The notes under the pieces: generated by a model
What the model saw: only the letters and a program-made list of their open reading frames with translations
Told to the model about the DNA's origin: nothing
Database searches by the model: none
Shown: in pieces, positions 38,792 through 48,689 of the stretch
Position numbering within the stretch: the first letter of the stretch is position 1
Layout: the number at the start of each line of letters is the position of its first letter
Program-made: the position numbers and the translations under genes
Origin: a virus
Taxonomy: Duplodnaviria; Caudoviricetes
Direction: 5' to 3' (one strand)
IMG/VR virus record: IMGVR_UViG_3300020048_000104
Span: 9,084-73,083 of that record
Length of the DNA stretch: 64,000 bases

Positions 38792-39807
38792 ACCTCTATA
38801 AACATTGTTTTGTTAGTATAATACTCCATAGGATAATCCCATTCGTTACTTTGTTTATGAAATGCATATCTTTCAATAGCTTGTCTTACACCTTCTAGTT
38901 GTTTACCATTAGCTACACCACCATTAGTACCTACTTGTAATGATTCATGTGTCATTGTAAATATCATAGGTTTGTTAATACATTCTTTTTCAACAACAAA
39001 AAACATAAACGGTTCAATAGCATATCCTTTTTCTACAAGTTCTTTTACAGCAGGATATTCAGTTACTGCTTTTGAATAAAATGCACCTTGAAAATCATAT
39101 CTGTATTTCCAGAAATTACCAGGAAAATCAGTAATCATTCCTGACATTGTTTTAATATCAATAGGGTATACTTTCTTTTCGTTATGGTCGATAGTAATCA
39201 TATCACCCTCACCTTTGAAATCAATACCTTTAAATGTAAACTCAAATATAGGTTTCTTGATAATCTCTACATTCTTAGTTTTAGTTAAGAAAGGAGAAAT
39301 GTATTTATCACTTTTTAATGCAGCACAAGCAATTATAGCTTTCTGATAATCCTCTTGAGAAATTACTGTTTTATTAGAAGACTTTTGTAAAACAAGGAAA
39401 TAATCACTTCCTGCTTCTATTACCTTACTATATAATGTATCAGGTTTCCAAGACTGACCATATCCTATTCTACCAGCAGCTTCTAAAATATGACTTGCGT
39501 GTTGTACTAATTCTCCTTCAGAAGAATATTCATTAAATACTATATTGACAATTTCAACAATAGCATCAGAAGGAAGTTTCATACTTTTCATTATGTAATA
39601 CACATCTTCAAATTCAGTATCTTCTGTTAACATGTGATCTACAGCACTACCGAATACAAAATGATCTGGTGTTTTTTCAATAATACCATTAGCTTCATTT
39701 TCTAATTTCTGAATGAATCTTTCTTGTGTTTGTAAAAACGTCTGAGGATGTTTCAATATTTGTTTTAACAAAGACTGATTCATTTTATCTAAATTTCTAT
39801 ATCCCAT
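38788..39807 (-). CDS. PD-(D/E)XK exonuclease (Cas4/RecE-like)
   Basis: FVFGSAVDHMLT; KGEGDMITID...PIDIKT; YRYDFQGAFY. Confidence 0.8.
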   Translation of the reverse strand: MGYRNLDKMNQSLLKQILKHPQTFLQTQERFIQKLENEANGIIEKTPDHFVFGSAVDHMLTEDTEFEDVYYIMKSMKLPSDAIVEIVNIVFNEYSSEGELVQHASHILEAAGRIGYGQSWKPDTLYSKVIEAGSDYFLVLQKSSNKTVISQEDYQKAIIACAALKSDKYISPFLTKTKNVEIIKKPIFEFTFKGIDFKGEGDMITIDHNEKKVYPIDIKTMSGMITDFPGNFWKYRYDFQGAFYSKAVTEYPAVKELVEKGYAIEPFMFFVVEKECINKPMIFTMTHESLQVGTNGGVANGKQLEGVRQAIERYAFHKQSNEWDYPMEYYTNKTMFIEV

Positions 39808-40298
39808 TATATTTGTGTTATTTTATAAACTAATTTTCTTTCATGTAGATGTTTTACTTCTACAAAACTACCTCCAAATCCTTGAAAGTATTCAATGTTA
39901 TCATCAGGAAGAATACCTGCATGTATTACAGCATCGTCTAATGATTTTAACCATACAGCTGCTAAATTAAATATATCCCAATTAGGCTTATATCCTTCTG
40001 CTGGAGGTTTCCAGCTTAATTTCCGTACTCCTGTTTTCTTATCCATTAATGATTTAACATTACCGTAATTCAAAGGAGCATGTATAATCACTTCTGTTTT
40101 AACAGGACCTTCAATTTTTAATCCTTTAGGTATATGTTTTTCAATATATGTATGCATTGCTCCTACAAACGCATTTCTCATTGTAAAATGAGGAGATGCA
40201 TGAATTGCATTATACCCTATCTTTTTCCATTTGTTTTTGGATAATGGTACATGTGTGATAAATTCAGGAAACTCAATTATTATTTCTTTCTTATTCAT
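39807..40298 (-). CDS. RusA-like Holliday junction resolvase
   Basis: WDIFNL...KSLDDA...GILPDDN matches the RusA DxDN...K...D...G..DD arrangement. Confidence 0.65.
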   Translation of the reverse strand: MNKKEIIIEFPEFITHVPLSKNKWKKIGYNAIHASPHFTMRNAFVGAMHTYIEKHIPKGLKIEGPVKTEVIIHAPLNYGNVKSLMDKKTGVRKLSWKPPAEGYKPNWDIFNLAAVWLKSLDDAVIHAGILPDDNIEYFQGFGGSFVEVKHLHERKLVYKITQI

Positions 40299-41112
40299 TA
40301 ATTAATTGTTTTCCTATTTGATGCATAGACTCTTTATTTATTCTATGACATCCTATTGTTAATACTCCATTTAAGTTAGTGACTTTGTAATTTTCAATTT
40401 TATGACCTACTATATTAATACCTTTAGTAATAGCTTGATATAATTCTTTAGCTGATTCTACAGATACTTTTACTCCTTGTGTTGTTTCTACTTTAGTACC
40501 ATCTTCAGATATTCTTAAATAATCTTCACTACCTATTCTAACAGAAGAAATATCATAATTCATAAATTTAACTAATGCTTTTTCCAATCTGATCTTCTCA
40601 GCTTTTTTAGCTTTTTGTTGAGCTATCTTAATATTATCTTTCCAAGCATCTAGGTTCTTAGTTATATCAGTGTATATCTTTTTAATTGCTTTGTAATCAT
40701 CATGTTTTTTAAGTTCTTTCTTTTTCGAATATTCTATCCAGTCATTTAATTTTTCAAATCGGTAAATAATTGAATCTATGTATAACTCAGGTTTTCTAGC
40801 ATTAGCTAATTTTTGAGCTAATGCTTCCATTTTATTTTTTACAAGATCCACTTTGATTTCAGTATAGAAAAATTGTTTGTACTGACTTGTAGCATACTTT
40901 AACATGTGAATATGTTTATTTGTAGTAGATGACCACCCTGTATCATTAATAACAATAGTTTCATCATTGATAAAGTGACCTAATAAATAATGACTACCAT
41001 AACTGTATATTTTATCTCCTTCAAAAAATACATTACTACATCTTGCTTCTTCTTGTGTTCTTTGTGCAAATAAGTGAATTACATCACTAGCACTACCAAA
41101 TACTTTTTTCAT
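40291..41112 (-). CDS. Hypothetical phage protein
   Basis: 273-aa ORF in operon; no catalytic motif recognised. Confidence 0.65.
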   Translation of the reverse strand: MKKVFGSASDVIHLFAQRTQEEARCSNVFFEGDKIYSYGSHYLLGHFINDETIVINDTGWSSTTNKHIHMLKYATSQYKQFFYTEIKVDLVKNKMEALAQKLANARKPELYIDSIIYRFEKLNDWIEYSKKKELKKHDDYKAIKKIYTDITKNLDAWKDNIKIAQQKAKKAEKIRLEKALVKFMNYDISSVRIGSEDYLRISEDGTKVETTQGVKVSVESAKELYQAITKGINIVGHKIENYKVTNLNGVLTIGCHRINKESMHQIGKQLINE

Positions 41113-41122
41113 AATTACTTAA

Positions 41123-42328
41123 TTAAATTTCTACAAAATTACCTTGTCTATTTTCAAGTCGTATAGTATATTTACCTTCTGATATACATGCTTTATATAA
41201 TAACATATCTTTTATATATGCTTTAGTTTTAGTACCTTCATCAAAAATATGACTTACTATACGATTTCCTGATTCATCAAATAACATTCCTTTTAGCTCA
41301 TCTTTAGAAATAGTTTTGAACGTTACGTTAAGATTAGTCTTTTTAACAGTATTGCTCTTATTCATAGATGAAACCATTACCAGTTTTTTACGAGGTCTTG
41401 ATACAGCTACATACAAAGATTGATTCTTACCTTGTATTGGAGAACCATTAGACTGTCCTAAAATGTTATCTTCAAATACATAAACACATTGATAGGTAGA
41501 ACCTTGTGATTTGTGAGAACTTATAGCATACCCATATTGTAAATTAGCAAATTGCTTCTTTAAATCGAAATATAGCTTTTTGCAATTGTTCCATAGGTAT
41601 TTTAAATTCTCATTACATAATTCTGTACCAGCATCTGTTAAAACAGGAACACTAATAATATCATCAGTATCATTGTTTCTTAATAACAATTCGTATATTT
41701 CATATTCATCCGTATGTGAATGACGAGTATGAGTATATCTGTCGTAATGGTCTAATTCGACATACTTCATACGAGGTTCTGATACAGAAAGAACAACAAA
41801 ATCTTCAGAATTATGAAACAAGCATTTAGAAGTGTACATAGCTTTACCAGCTCTTGTAGTTCCTATTTTCTCAGAAACATAAAACGAATCATAAGCTGTT
41901 AGCATTTCATTTGGATAATACTTATTAGGATTATTTCCCCACAGTTTAATACGAATTTTAGTATTTAAGTTTTTAACTGATTGAGGATGATTGTGATTCT
42001 CATTATTATAAGTAATCATCTTACAGTAATCTGTATTTCCTTCTGAAACATGAAAATCTTCAACAAACATATCTAATACCGTATTTTCATCACTTTCAAA
42101 TAATACAGAAGAACCACTTACATCATCATACTTAGTTACTCTATCTTCTGGTTTTAAAGCACGTAAAACAGGATTATCAGATGTCTGATTTTCATTAATG
42201 ATTTCTCCTATTCTTATGATTGGAGAAGTAGCTGCCTGACGCATTTTTTCTGTAAGTAAATACTTATTTTTAATTTGAAATACAGATGATATTTTATCAG
42301 AACCGACAGGTGGCAGTTGTGCAGAATC
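41123..42328 (-). CDS. dda: Dda/RecD-like SF1B helicase, exon 2
   Basis: Begins DSAQLPPV (motif III); RQAATSPI, YGYAISSHKSQGSTY, YVAVSRP. Confidence 0.88.
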   Translation of the reverse strand, partial: DSAQLPPVGSDKISSVFQIKNKYLLTEKMRQAATSPIIRIGEIINENQTSDNPVLRALKPEDRVTKYDDVSGSSVLFESDENTVLDMFVEDFHVSEGNTDYCKMITYNNENHNHPQSVKNLNTKIRIKLWGNNPNKYYPNEMLTAYDSFYVSEKIGTTRAGKAMYTSKCLFHNSEDFVVLSVSEPRMKYVELDHYDRYTHTRHSHTDEYEIYELLLRNNDTDDIISVPVLTDAGTELCNENLKYLWNNCKKLYFDLKKQFANLQYGYAISSHKSQGSTYQCVYVFEDNILGQSNGSPIQGKNQSLYVAVSRPRKKLVMVSSMNKSNTVKKTNLNVTFKTISKDELKGMLFDESGNRIVSHIFDEGTKTKAYIKDMLLYKACISEGKYTIRLENRQGNFVEI

Positions 42329-43436
42329 CATGCACTGATTGTTATTTTTTCTAAGTAATGTATCAAATTACATAACAATCCTTATACTTTCATATAAGAT
42401 TAGACTATATCTTGTATTGTGTAAATATTATATTTTTATGTGATTTTTTTGAACCATTAACTACTTGTGATACGTTTTTAGGAGTAAATCCATCTTTTTC
42501 AGTATCTTTTATCGAGTTATATGATTTTATAAATATATATTCTTTAGTATATGAATATATTTTCTTTTTACGTGTAACAGAAGTATAATTAAATACAATA
42601 TCAGATCTATATTCTTTTTCTCTTATGAATATATGTTCTTTATGCGATTTTCTTTTTTTATTACATACTGCTACAACACTTGATGGTGAATAACCGTCTT
42701 GTCTAGTTTGTTCCGATGAAGCATATTTTTTTATAAATACTCCATCTAAATCAAAACATAAAACAGGTACAGATAATGGATTTTTTTCATTTTTATTATT
42801 ATAATTCCCATTATTTTTTCCATATAATCTCACATTATAAAAATAATTTAATTCTCCACATAAACCAGCTTCTCCACCTAATGAAATATTAGTTAAATTT
42901 TCTAAACCTATTTCAGAAATCAACTTCTTTTCTATTTCACAAGCTTCTAAAGAAGTTAAATTATATTTATATAATTCTATTTTAATACCATGTTTTAAAG
43001 CAGTATTGACCCAGTGTTTAGTCCTATTATGATATGATGTACATCTATATCTTTTTCCCTTACCTACATAAAAAATTTCATCAGTTGTTAATTTTTTATG
43101 TACATATACATAAAAATTAGTAACTGTTTTATTCTTTACTTGTTTAGTAATTAACTCTGGATTTACTTTTAAAACTTCATATTTCATATTCAAATATAAC
43201 AATATTATACACACAATACCCTCCCTTTTCGAATAATAAATGATAAATTTATTATTCTACTCCTTACGGATAGTCGTTGAACGTTCCTCATTTTAAAAAG
43301 GCTTCGCTGCTGATTGCCTATTAGACATCTTAATAATTTTCAAACATTCACGCTTACTTTTTGAAGTTACGTTGTAGTTTATTAAGCTTTAAGGGTTTCC
43401 AGCAATTAAAGAGGTTTATACTCGGCAATTCACTCT
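42329..43436 (-). mobile_element. Group I intron (IA-like) in the helicase gene
   Basis: P1 is exon CUCGGU paired with GCCGAG (U-G at the splice site). P element AAUUGCUGGAAAC, Q AAUCAGCAGC, R GUUCAACGACUA, S AAGAUAUAGUCU and terminal G at 42329 are present. Splicing restores IIFLG|DSAQLPPV in frame. Confidence 0.92.
42405..43214 (-). CDS. Intron-encoded GIY-YIG endonuclease with NUMOD1 repeats
   Basis: FYVYVHKK...FYVGKG..R GIY-YIG variant and two NUMOD1-like repeats; lies between the R and S elements (P8) with its stop codon inside S. Probable start ATG at 43187. Confidence 0.85.
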   Translation of the reverse strand: MCIILLYLNMKYEVLKVNPELITKQVKNKTVTNFYVYVHKKLTTDEIFYVGKGKRYRCTSYHNRTKHWVNTALKHGIKIELYKYNLTSLEACEIEKKLISEIGLENLTNISLGGEAGLCGELNYFYNVRLYGKNNGNYNNKNEKNPLSVPVLCFDLDGVFIKKYASSEQTRQDGYSPSSVVAVCNKKRKSHKEHIFIREKEYRSDIVFNYTSVTRKKKIYSYTKEYIFIKSYNSIKDTEKDGFTPKNVSQVVNGSKKSHKNIIFTQYKI

Positions 43437-43886
43437 ACCGAGAAATATAATCTTAGCGTTCTTCTTTTTCAGTTTTTTCATTTCTTTTATGATCTCATCT
43501 GAAATCATTGATGCTTCATCTACAACTACTAAATCCATTGATTTAATAGGAATTTTATCCTCATCTCTACGATTGTATTCATCTATTTTAAATTCTCCTG
43601 TTTCCTCATTTAATTTGATACTTAATGCAGATGCTACAGTCATTACTTTATCATATCCTATAGATAAACCTAATACTTTTTTAGCTTTGTGAGAAATAGC
43701 AATACCTCCTATTTTACCAGGATAGTTAGATATAGCCTTCTTTAATATTGTTGTTTTTCCTGTTCCACCAGGTCCACATAAAATGAATGCTTTTTCATCA
43801 GATTTTAAAAAAGTGAATAATAAATCCAACGCTTCTGTCTGACCTTGATTAGCATACACCCCAGGGAATAATTCATATTTATTCAT
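43437..43886 (-). CDS. dda: Dda/RecD-like SF1B helicase, exon 1
   Basis: Walker A GPGGTGKTT, Walker B VVVDEASM; ends IIFLG at the splice site; about 551 aa after splicing. Confidence 0.88.
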
Positions 43887-44904
43887 TTTTTAATGTTTTA
43901 TTAATTAATTGATGTATTAGTTTAGATGATTCTTCTTTACCTTTCATCCTTACTAAATCGCTAAAATCAGTTACTCTAGGTAATTCTGGTATCAGGAAAT
44001 AAGGAATATTGTATAATTCTGCAAATTGCTCTGACAGTTTTTTACCAGCATTATCGTTATCAAATAAACATATTACATTTTTAAATCTTGATTTGTATTC
44101 ATCCATTACTGATTCTTTCATAGTAACGGATTCTGATTGTAAACCAATAGAAGAAATACCTACTACATCATGTAAACTCATTACATCTTTCAATGCTTTT
44201 GTTATGATAAGTAAATCTCCTGTTTTGGGTAATTGTGTGTACCCTTGATGAACACTATAATTAGCATTGTTTATCCATTTAAACCTTTTATTTGTTGAAT
44301 GAGGTTGGTATATCTTATAAGATAACACACCATCTTTATATTCTCTGTAAGCATAAGCTAAAGGTTCTGCTAAAACAGGATTATCGTTATAGAATATGTA
44401 TTTTATAGGAATTACATTAAACTTATCTAATGTCTTTTTACTAATTCCAAAACCACTCCAAAACAATTTATCTTGTCTATTCCAATCTCTTCTATTTATT
44501 CCTATTTTAACAACTGCTTTTTCTTTTAGTCTTTCCATTTTGGCATAAGAATGCGTGTTTGTATTAGTAGTAATATCAAATTCAGATAAGCCTAAATCGT
44601 ATGCTATTTTACCTAATGCTTGAGGATAATTTAGTCCAAACATTTTCATAACAAGGACTATGAAATCACCACAATCTTTAGTAGCAAAATCATAGAACAT
44701 TAAAGTATTTCTTTTTTCTCTATGATAATAAATAGAAAAAGAAGGTACTCTATCATTTCTAAAAGGACTGCTAATTTTAGTAACTTCCGTAATATCCTCA
44801 TTCAAATAGTATCTAAATATATCTTCTTGAGATACGTGTTTGAGTATGGATTCTTTTGTAAGTTGTTCATCGAAAGCAATAGAGTTTAAATTTATACTTT
44901 CCAT
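43879..44904 (-). CDS. dnaG: DNA primase (crAss-type DnaG/TOPRIM)
   Basis: Degenerate Zn-binding region (SPFRNDRVPSFSIY...FYDFAT) and TOPRIM LIITKALKDVM...CLFDNDNAG. Confidence 0.85.
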   Translation of the reverse strand: MESINLNSIAFDEQLTKESILKHVSQEDIFRYYLNEDITEVTKISSPFRNDRVPSFSIYYHREKRNTLMFYDFATKDCGDFIVLVMKMFGLNYPQALGKIAYDLGLSEFDITTNTNTHSYAKMERLKEKAVVKIGINRRDWNRQDKLFWSGFGISKKTLDKFNVIPIKYIFYNDNPVLAEPLAYAYREYKDGVLSYKIYQPHSTNKRFKWINNANYSVHQGYTQLPKTGDLLIITKALKDVMSLHDVVGISSIGLQSESVTMKESVMDEYKSRFKNVICLFDNDNAGKKLSEQFAELYNIPYFLIPELPRVTDFSDLVRMKGKEESSKLIHQLINKTLKNE

Positions 44905-44916
44905 GTAATAAAATAA

Positions 44917-44939
44917 AAGGAGGGCTGATAACCCTCCTT
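44917..44939 (-). terminator. Intrinsic terminator downstream of the SSB-like gene
   Basis: AAGGAGGG-7nt-CCCTCCTT stem, followed on the minus strand by TTATTTT. Confidence 0.65.
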
Positions 44940-44962
44940 AATTAATAATTAGTTACGAGATA

Positions 44963-45556
44963 TTAATCCCAGTCAGATACTAAGTCGTTTGCATCAGCTA
45001 CTGAATCATTTTTAGATTCGTTATCAGCAGTAGGTCTAGTTAAATTATCTAAATCACTTACTGTTAAACGAGATTCTGCAACAGATACAGGCTCAATAAA
45101 TGGAACCCATGTACGAGCTTGAATAAACTTTTTAGGATATTCTTTAGTACCATAATTAGCCATTACTCTGAACTTAGCACCTGCTGGTGTTTGTTCTTTT
45201 AATGCTTTCATACATAAGTCTAACATTTGTTTAGCGTTCTCTGCTTTAGGAAATACAAAAGTAGGAGAAATAGCAGCATGTAATAAGTGTTTTAATACTT
45301 TACCTTGCTTTTTGATTTGGTCTTCAATAGTGCTGTATGATGTAGCTTCCGTTACATAATACAATCCCATATCTGTAGAACCTCCTTCAGAATCAGTAAA
45401 ATTTACTTTGTAATCTGGAGCTTTCTCATGATCCTCTTTTTTCTTTTTAGTAACAGCTAATGTTACATTATTAACTACTCCTGCAACACCTTTGTTGAAG
45501 ATTACTACATTACCACCTTCTTTTTGGTCGTACTCTGAACTGTTTAAATCAATCAT
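44963..45556 (-). CDS. Probable single-stranded DNA-binding protein
   Basis: Beta-rich core and acidic tail ending DLVSDWD; sits between primase and AAA ATPase. Confidence 0.5.
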   Translation of the reverse strand: MIDLNSSEYDQKEGGNVVIFNKGVAGVVNNVTLAVTKKKKEDHEKAPDYKVNFTDSEGGSTDMGLYYVTEATSYSTIEDQIKKQGKVLKHLLHAAISPTFVFPKAENAKQMLDLCMKALKEQTPAGAKFRVMANYGTKEYPKKFIQARTWVPFIEPVSVAESRLTVSDLDNLTRPTADNESKNDSVADANDLVSDWD

Positions 45557-45601
45557 TGTTATTTGTTTTTAAAAATTAATAAATTATTTACTTGTTTACT
45601 T

Positions 45602-46255
45602 TTACCACTCTTCTTCTTCATCATTTTCAGATGATGCTTTTTCTTCTACTACAGGTTCGTCTTCAGTATTATCTATAGCAAACTTAACTCTTTCTGGAGC
45701 TGGTTCTGCTTTAACTACAGGTTCTGCTACTTTTTTGATAACGTTTGTAATTGATGCAGATGAATTATTTGTTTTCATTTCTTCATCAGATTTAAAAACA
45801 TCATCAGCTGTTTCTTCAACTACTTCTTGCACATCAGCAAGAGTAGATACTAAATCAGTATCTATATTACTTTGTATCATGAAAGGTTGTCCTTCAACAG
45901 GAATTAAATGAATGTGGTGTTCCTTTGTAATATCCAACTTATTCAATTTGATAACGTGTTCGAATATTTTCTTATCTGAAAAAGTCAAACTCTTAGTTAC
46001 TGTAAAAGCACCATAAGGAGCTTCTTCTCCTTCTTCTAAGTTACCTAAGTTTTTAATTACTACTTTACCTTCAGCAAATCCTAACATTACATTACAGTAA
46101 TCTGTTAATCCTAATGCTTCTTTTGCAGCTTTATTGAATGTAAACTTACGAGCAGCTTTTGATGCTGTTATAGCTACTAATGATACAACAGGTGTTGTAA
46201 ATCTTTCTTCTTTTACCGTTCTAGTTGTTGTCGGTAATCCCCATGTAATTTCCAT
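45602..46255 (-). CDS. Conserved crAss-like hypothetical protein with acidic tail
   Basis: 217 aa ending ENDEEEEW. Confidence 0.6.
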   Translation of the reverse strand: MEITWGLPTTTRTVKEERFTTPVVSLVAITASKAARKFTFNKAAKEALGLTDYCNVMLGFAEGKVVIKNLGNLEEGEEAPYGAFTVTKSLTFSDKKIFEHVIKLNKLDITKEHHIHLIPVEGQPFMIQSNIDTDLVSTLADVQEVVEETADDVFKSDEEMKTNNSSASITNVIKKVAEPVVKAEPAPERVKFAIDNTEDEPVVEEKASSENDEEEEW

Positions 46256-46280
46256 ATTGTTTTGTTTTATTGGTTTTTAA

Positions 46281-46955
46281 TTAAATTCCGTAATATTCTC
46301 TAATTGCGTTATCTACAATTACTAAATCATTGTCTATGAAGTCTTCTTCAAACATATCCATAGGTGTTTTTGCAGAATTAGATCCTGAGTTTTTTGTAGA
46401 AAAAACATGCTTATTAGGTTCTCCATGAATTTTTTGAATTTCTGTATATAATACGATAGAGCTAAACGACTCTGGTACAAATTTTTCAAGAGCTTTACCT
46501 TGTACAGCTATTCTTTCAACAGACAATCCTGATTCATTATAATGAATTTCAGGATGAGCAAACATATATACAATAATATCTTCTCTCATTTTATCATTAA
46601 TTAAGTTGATTAAATCGTACTGAGCAGCTGCAAATCTTGAATATTTATCAAAACCTTTTTCTTTTCTAAACTCAGGATCCATCACATAATTTGATTGTAC
46701 TCTTGACCATGTATCAACTATTACAGATTTGATATTAGGGTTTTTATGAGCTGCTTTAAACATATCTACCATTTCACTTGTCTTAGACGTGTTAAAATAA
46801 TTACCTTTTTCAGAATTATATTTTTCTGAAAATTTTCTAAAAGGTAATGCTTTTTGATCTGCGTTACCTATAAAAGTTTCATCAGGATTTAGATTCCTGA
46901 TTGATGTAGATTTTCCCATTCCTGATTTACCTACAATAAAGACTAATTGTGCCAA
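46281..46955 (-). CDS. AAA_24 / Sak4-like ATPase (putative recombinase)
   Basis: TTG start; Walker A VGKSGMGKST, VIVDT, FAHPE and AKTPMDMF. Confidence 0.75.
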   Translation of the reverse strand: MAQLVFIVGKSGMGKSTSIRNLNPDETFIGNADQKALPFRKFSEKYNSEKGNYFNTSKTSEMVDMFKAAHKNPNIKSVIVDTWSRVQSNYVMDPEFRKEKGFDKYSRFAAAQYDLINLINDKMREDIIVYMFAHPEIHYNESGLSVERIAVQGKALEKFVPESFSSIVLYTEIQKIHGEPNKHVFSTKNSGSNSAKTPMDMFEEDFIDNDLVIVDNAIREYYGI

Positions 46956-46984
46956 AATTTTAAATTTTAAATGTTAATATTAAT

Positions 46985-47503
46985 TTATAAATACCTATTT
47001 GTGATATTATTTTCTTTTTCGAAATCACATCTTGCTTGATATGCTTCTATTTCAGTATTAAATCTACCAAGGTTTTTATTTTTTAAACCTTTGATGTTTA
47101 TCTGAGCTTTCCATTTGTTTTGATCGTTACACCATGAAACACCTATATAATCAGATGATGTATTTCGTCTACGAGAACCATGACATCCATTTTCTATAGT
47201 TGTAGTCCATTCTAAGTTTAAATAATGATTGTTGAAATTATTACCATCTATGTGATTTATTACATTCAAAGATCTAGGGTTATTAACAAAATGTATTGCT
47301 ACAAGACGATGTACTTTAAAATGTTTTCTACTTTTACTACGATGAAATTCAATATCTAAATATTTATTATTTTCTTTTGGACCTATAGCACGAGGTTTTA
47401 ATACTCTAACTTTATTACCTTTTAGACTTCGTACATTTCCATAATTACTAATTTGATATTCACCAATGTAATTTTCAACATCTTTCCATATTTCTTTTTC
47501 CAT
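46985..47503 (-). CDS. Free-standing NUMOD4-HNH-AP2 homing endonuclease
   Basis: NUMOD4 EIWKDV..Y.G.YQISNYGNVRS, HNH VHRLVA...NHIDGN..NN...NLEW, AP2 YIGVSW...KWKAQI...LGRF; start ATG at 47503. Confidence 0.88.
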   Translation of the reverse strand: MEKEIWKDVENYIGEYQISNYGNVRSLKGNKVRVLKPRAIGPKENNKYLDIEFHRSKSRKHFKVHRLVAIHFVNNPRSLNVINHIDGNNFNNHYLNLEWTTTIENGCHGSRRRNTSSDYIGVSWCNDQNKWKAQINIKGLKNKNLGRFNTEIEAYQARCDFEKENNITNRYL

Positions 47504-47508
47504 AAAAT

Positions 47509-47590
47509 AAAAATCCCCACAAATCAGAAGTCGCTGTTTCCTCAATGCAGGGTTTTAATAATGTGTTTAATGTATCAGCGACAATACATT
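47509..47590 (-). promoter_or_regulatory. Two-hairpin structured element with complementary loops upstream of the HNH gene
   Basis: Hairpin AAUGUAU-[UGUCGCUG]-AUACAUU, plus a second hairpin whose loop has CAGCGAC, ending in a U tract just before the ATG. Confidence 0.55.
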
Positions 47591-47600
47591 TCAAAGATAC

Positions 47601-48686
47601 TCATTTTTCTTCAGATTTACTACGATAATACTTATTAATTTTCTGTAATTCTTCTGGTGCTTTTACTTCATATTCCGATGATTTACCTAATTGTGTATAT
47701 TGTCCTATTTCACCTACAAATAAGAAACTTGCTAATAGATTTGATTCACCATCTCTGTTTTTACAAATCTTAACAAGTCTGTATCTATCTTTGAATCTAG
47801 TGATGTCAAAACCTAAACATTTATCTACCCCTAGATAAAAAGGACTAGCTATACCTATTACAGTATTTGCATCTTCTGCCATTCCTCCAGTTTCTTTTAT
47901 GTCGCTCAAAATCGGCATCCAGCTATCACCATTATCTCTACGATCCATTTGTTCAGAACCTCTATTGATTTGTGATATTACAACAGGAGAAAAGTTAAAC
48001 ATGTTTCTGAAAAATACTAAATGCTTAGATGTTTGATCTATAGCCTCCTTCAAAGTTTTATACTTGCCTTTATTAATTAATCCTGCATGGTCTATTACAA
48101 TAAGCGTAATAAGATTAGGATTATTAGGTACATAGCTCTGTACTGTTCCTTCTTCATCTGTAGTTACTTTACCTCTCGACCTAGCATATTTAACAATATC
48201 AGTATATAAAGAATCAGGATTACAAGAAGATCTAAAGAATAAATATTTATTTTGTAATTCAGCTAATTCCTGTTCGTAACTATCAATCAATGCTAATATT
48301 TCAGGTCTTATTTTATTGTTACCCCTTGATAATATTTCATTAACTGTAGTTAGAATATTATGCTCTTTCCATATCTTAGCAGATATAAATTTAGCTATTT
48401 GTAATTCAGGAGTAATTTCTAAACTGTAATAAATTATCTCTAAATCATTTACATGTTCTGGATGTTTTTGCATGTATCTAATAGCACCAAATACATAAGT
48501 GCTGTTAACTAGGGCAGTTTTTCCAATCCCTGTTCCTGCAAATACTAAATCATATCTACCTTGTTGAATATTACAAATGTAATCACTAAAAGTTCCAAAA
48601 CCATCAAAAGGAATACCTGTATTTAAACCTTTAACACCTCGCTGAATACTAGATTTTAAACTATCCCATGTTTTGTTCTTTATCAT
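47601..48686 (-). CDS. dnaB: Replicative helicase (DnaB-like)
   Basis: LVFAGTGIGKT, YYSLEI, IVIDH, VVISQINR, DIKETGGMAEDA and ICKNRDG. Confidence 0.88.
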   Translation of the reverse strand: MIKNKTWDSLKSSIQRGVKGLNTGIPFDGFGTFSDYICNIQQGRYDLVFAGTGIGKTALVNSTYVFGAIRYMQKHPEHVNDLEIIYYSLEITPELQIAKFISAKIWKEHNILTTVNEILSRGNNKIRPEILALIDSYEQELAELQNKYLFFRSSCNPDSLYTDIVKYARSRGKVTTDEEGTVQSYVPNNPNLITLIVIDHAGLINKGKYKTLKEAIDQTSKHLVFFRNMFNFSPVVISQINRGSEQMDRRDNGDSWMPILSDIKETGGMAEDANTVIGIASPFYLGVDKCLGFDITRFKDRYRLVKICKNRDGESNLLASFLFVGEIGQYTQLGKSSEYEVKAPEELQKINKYYRSKSEEK

Positions 48687-48689
48687 AAA

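Noticed and set aside
43191-43198. TATATTTG promoter for the helicase-intron endonuclease
   Set aside because: It ends only 3 nt before the likely ATG, and TAnnTTTG matches are frequent by chance in such AT-rich DNA; it cannot be supported without TSS data.
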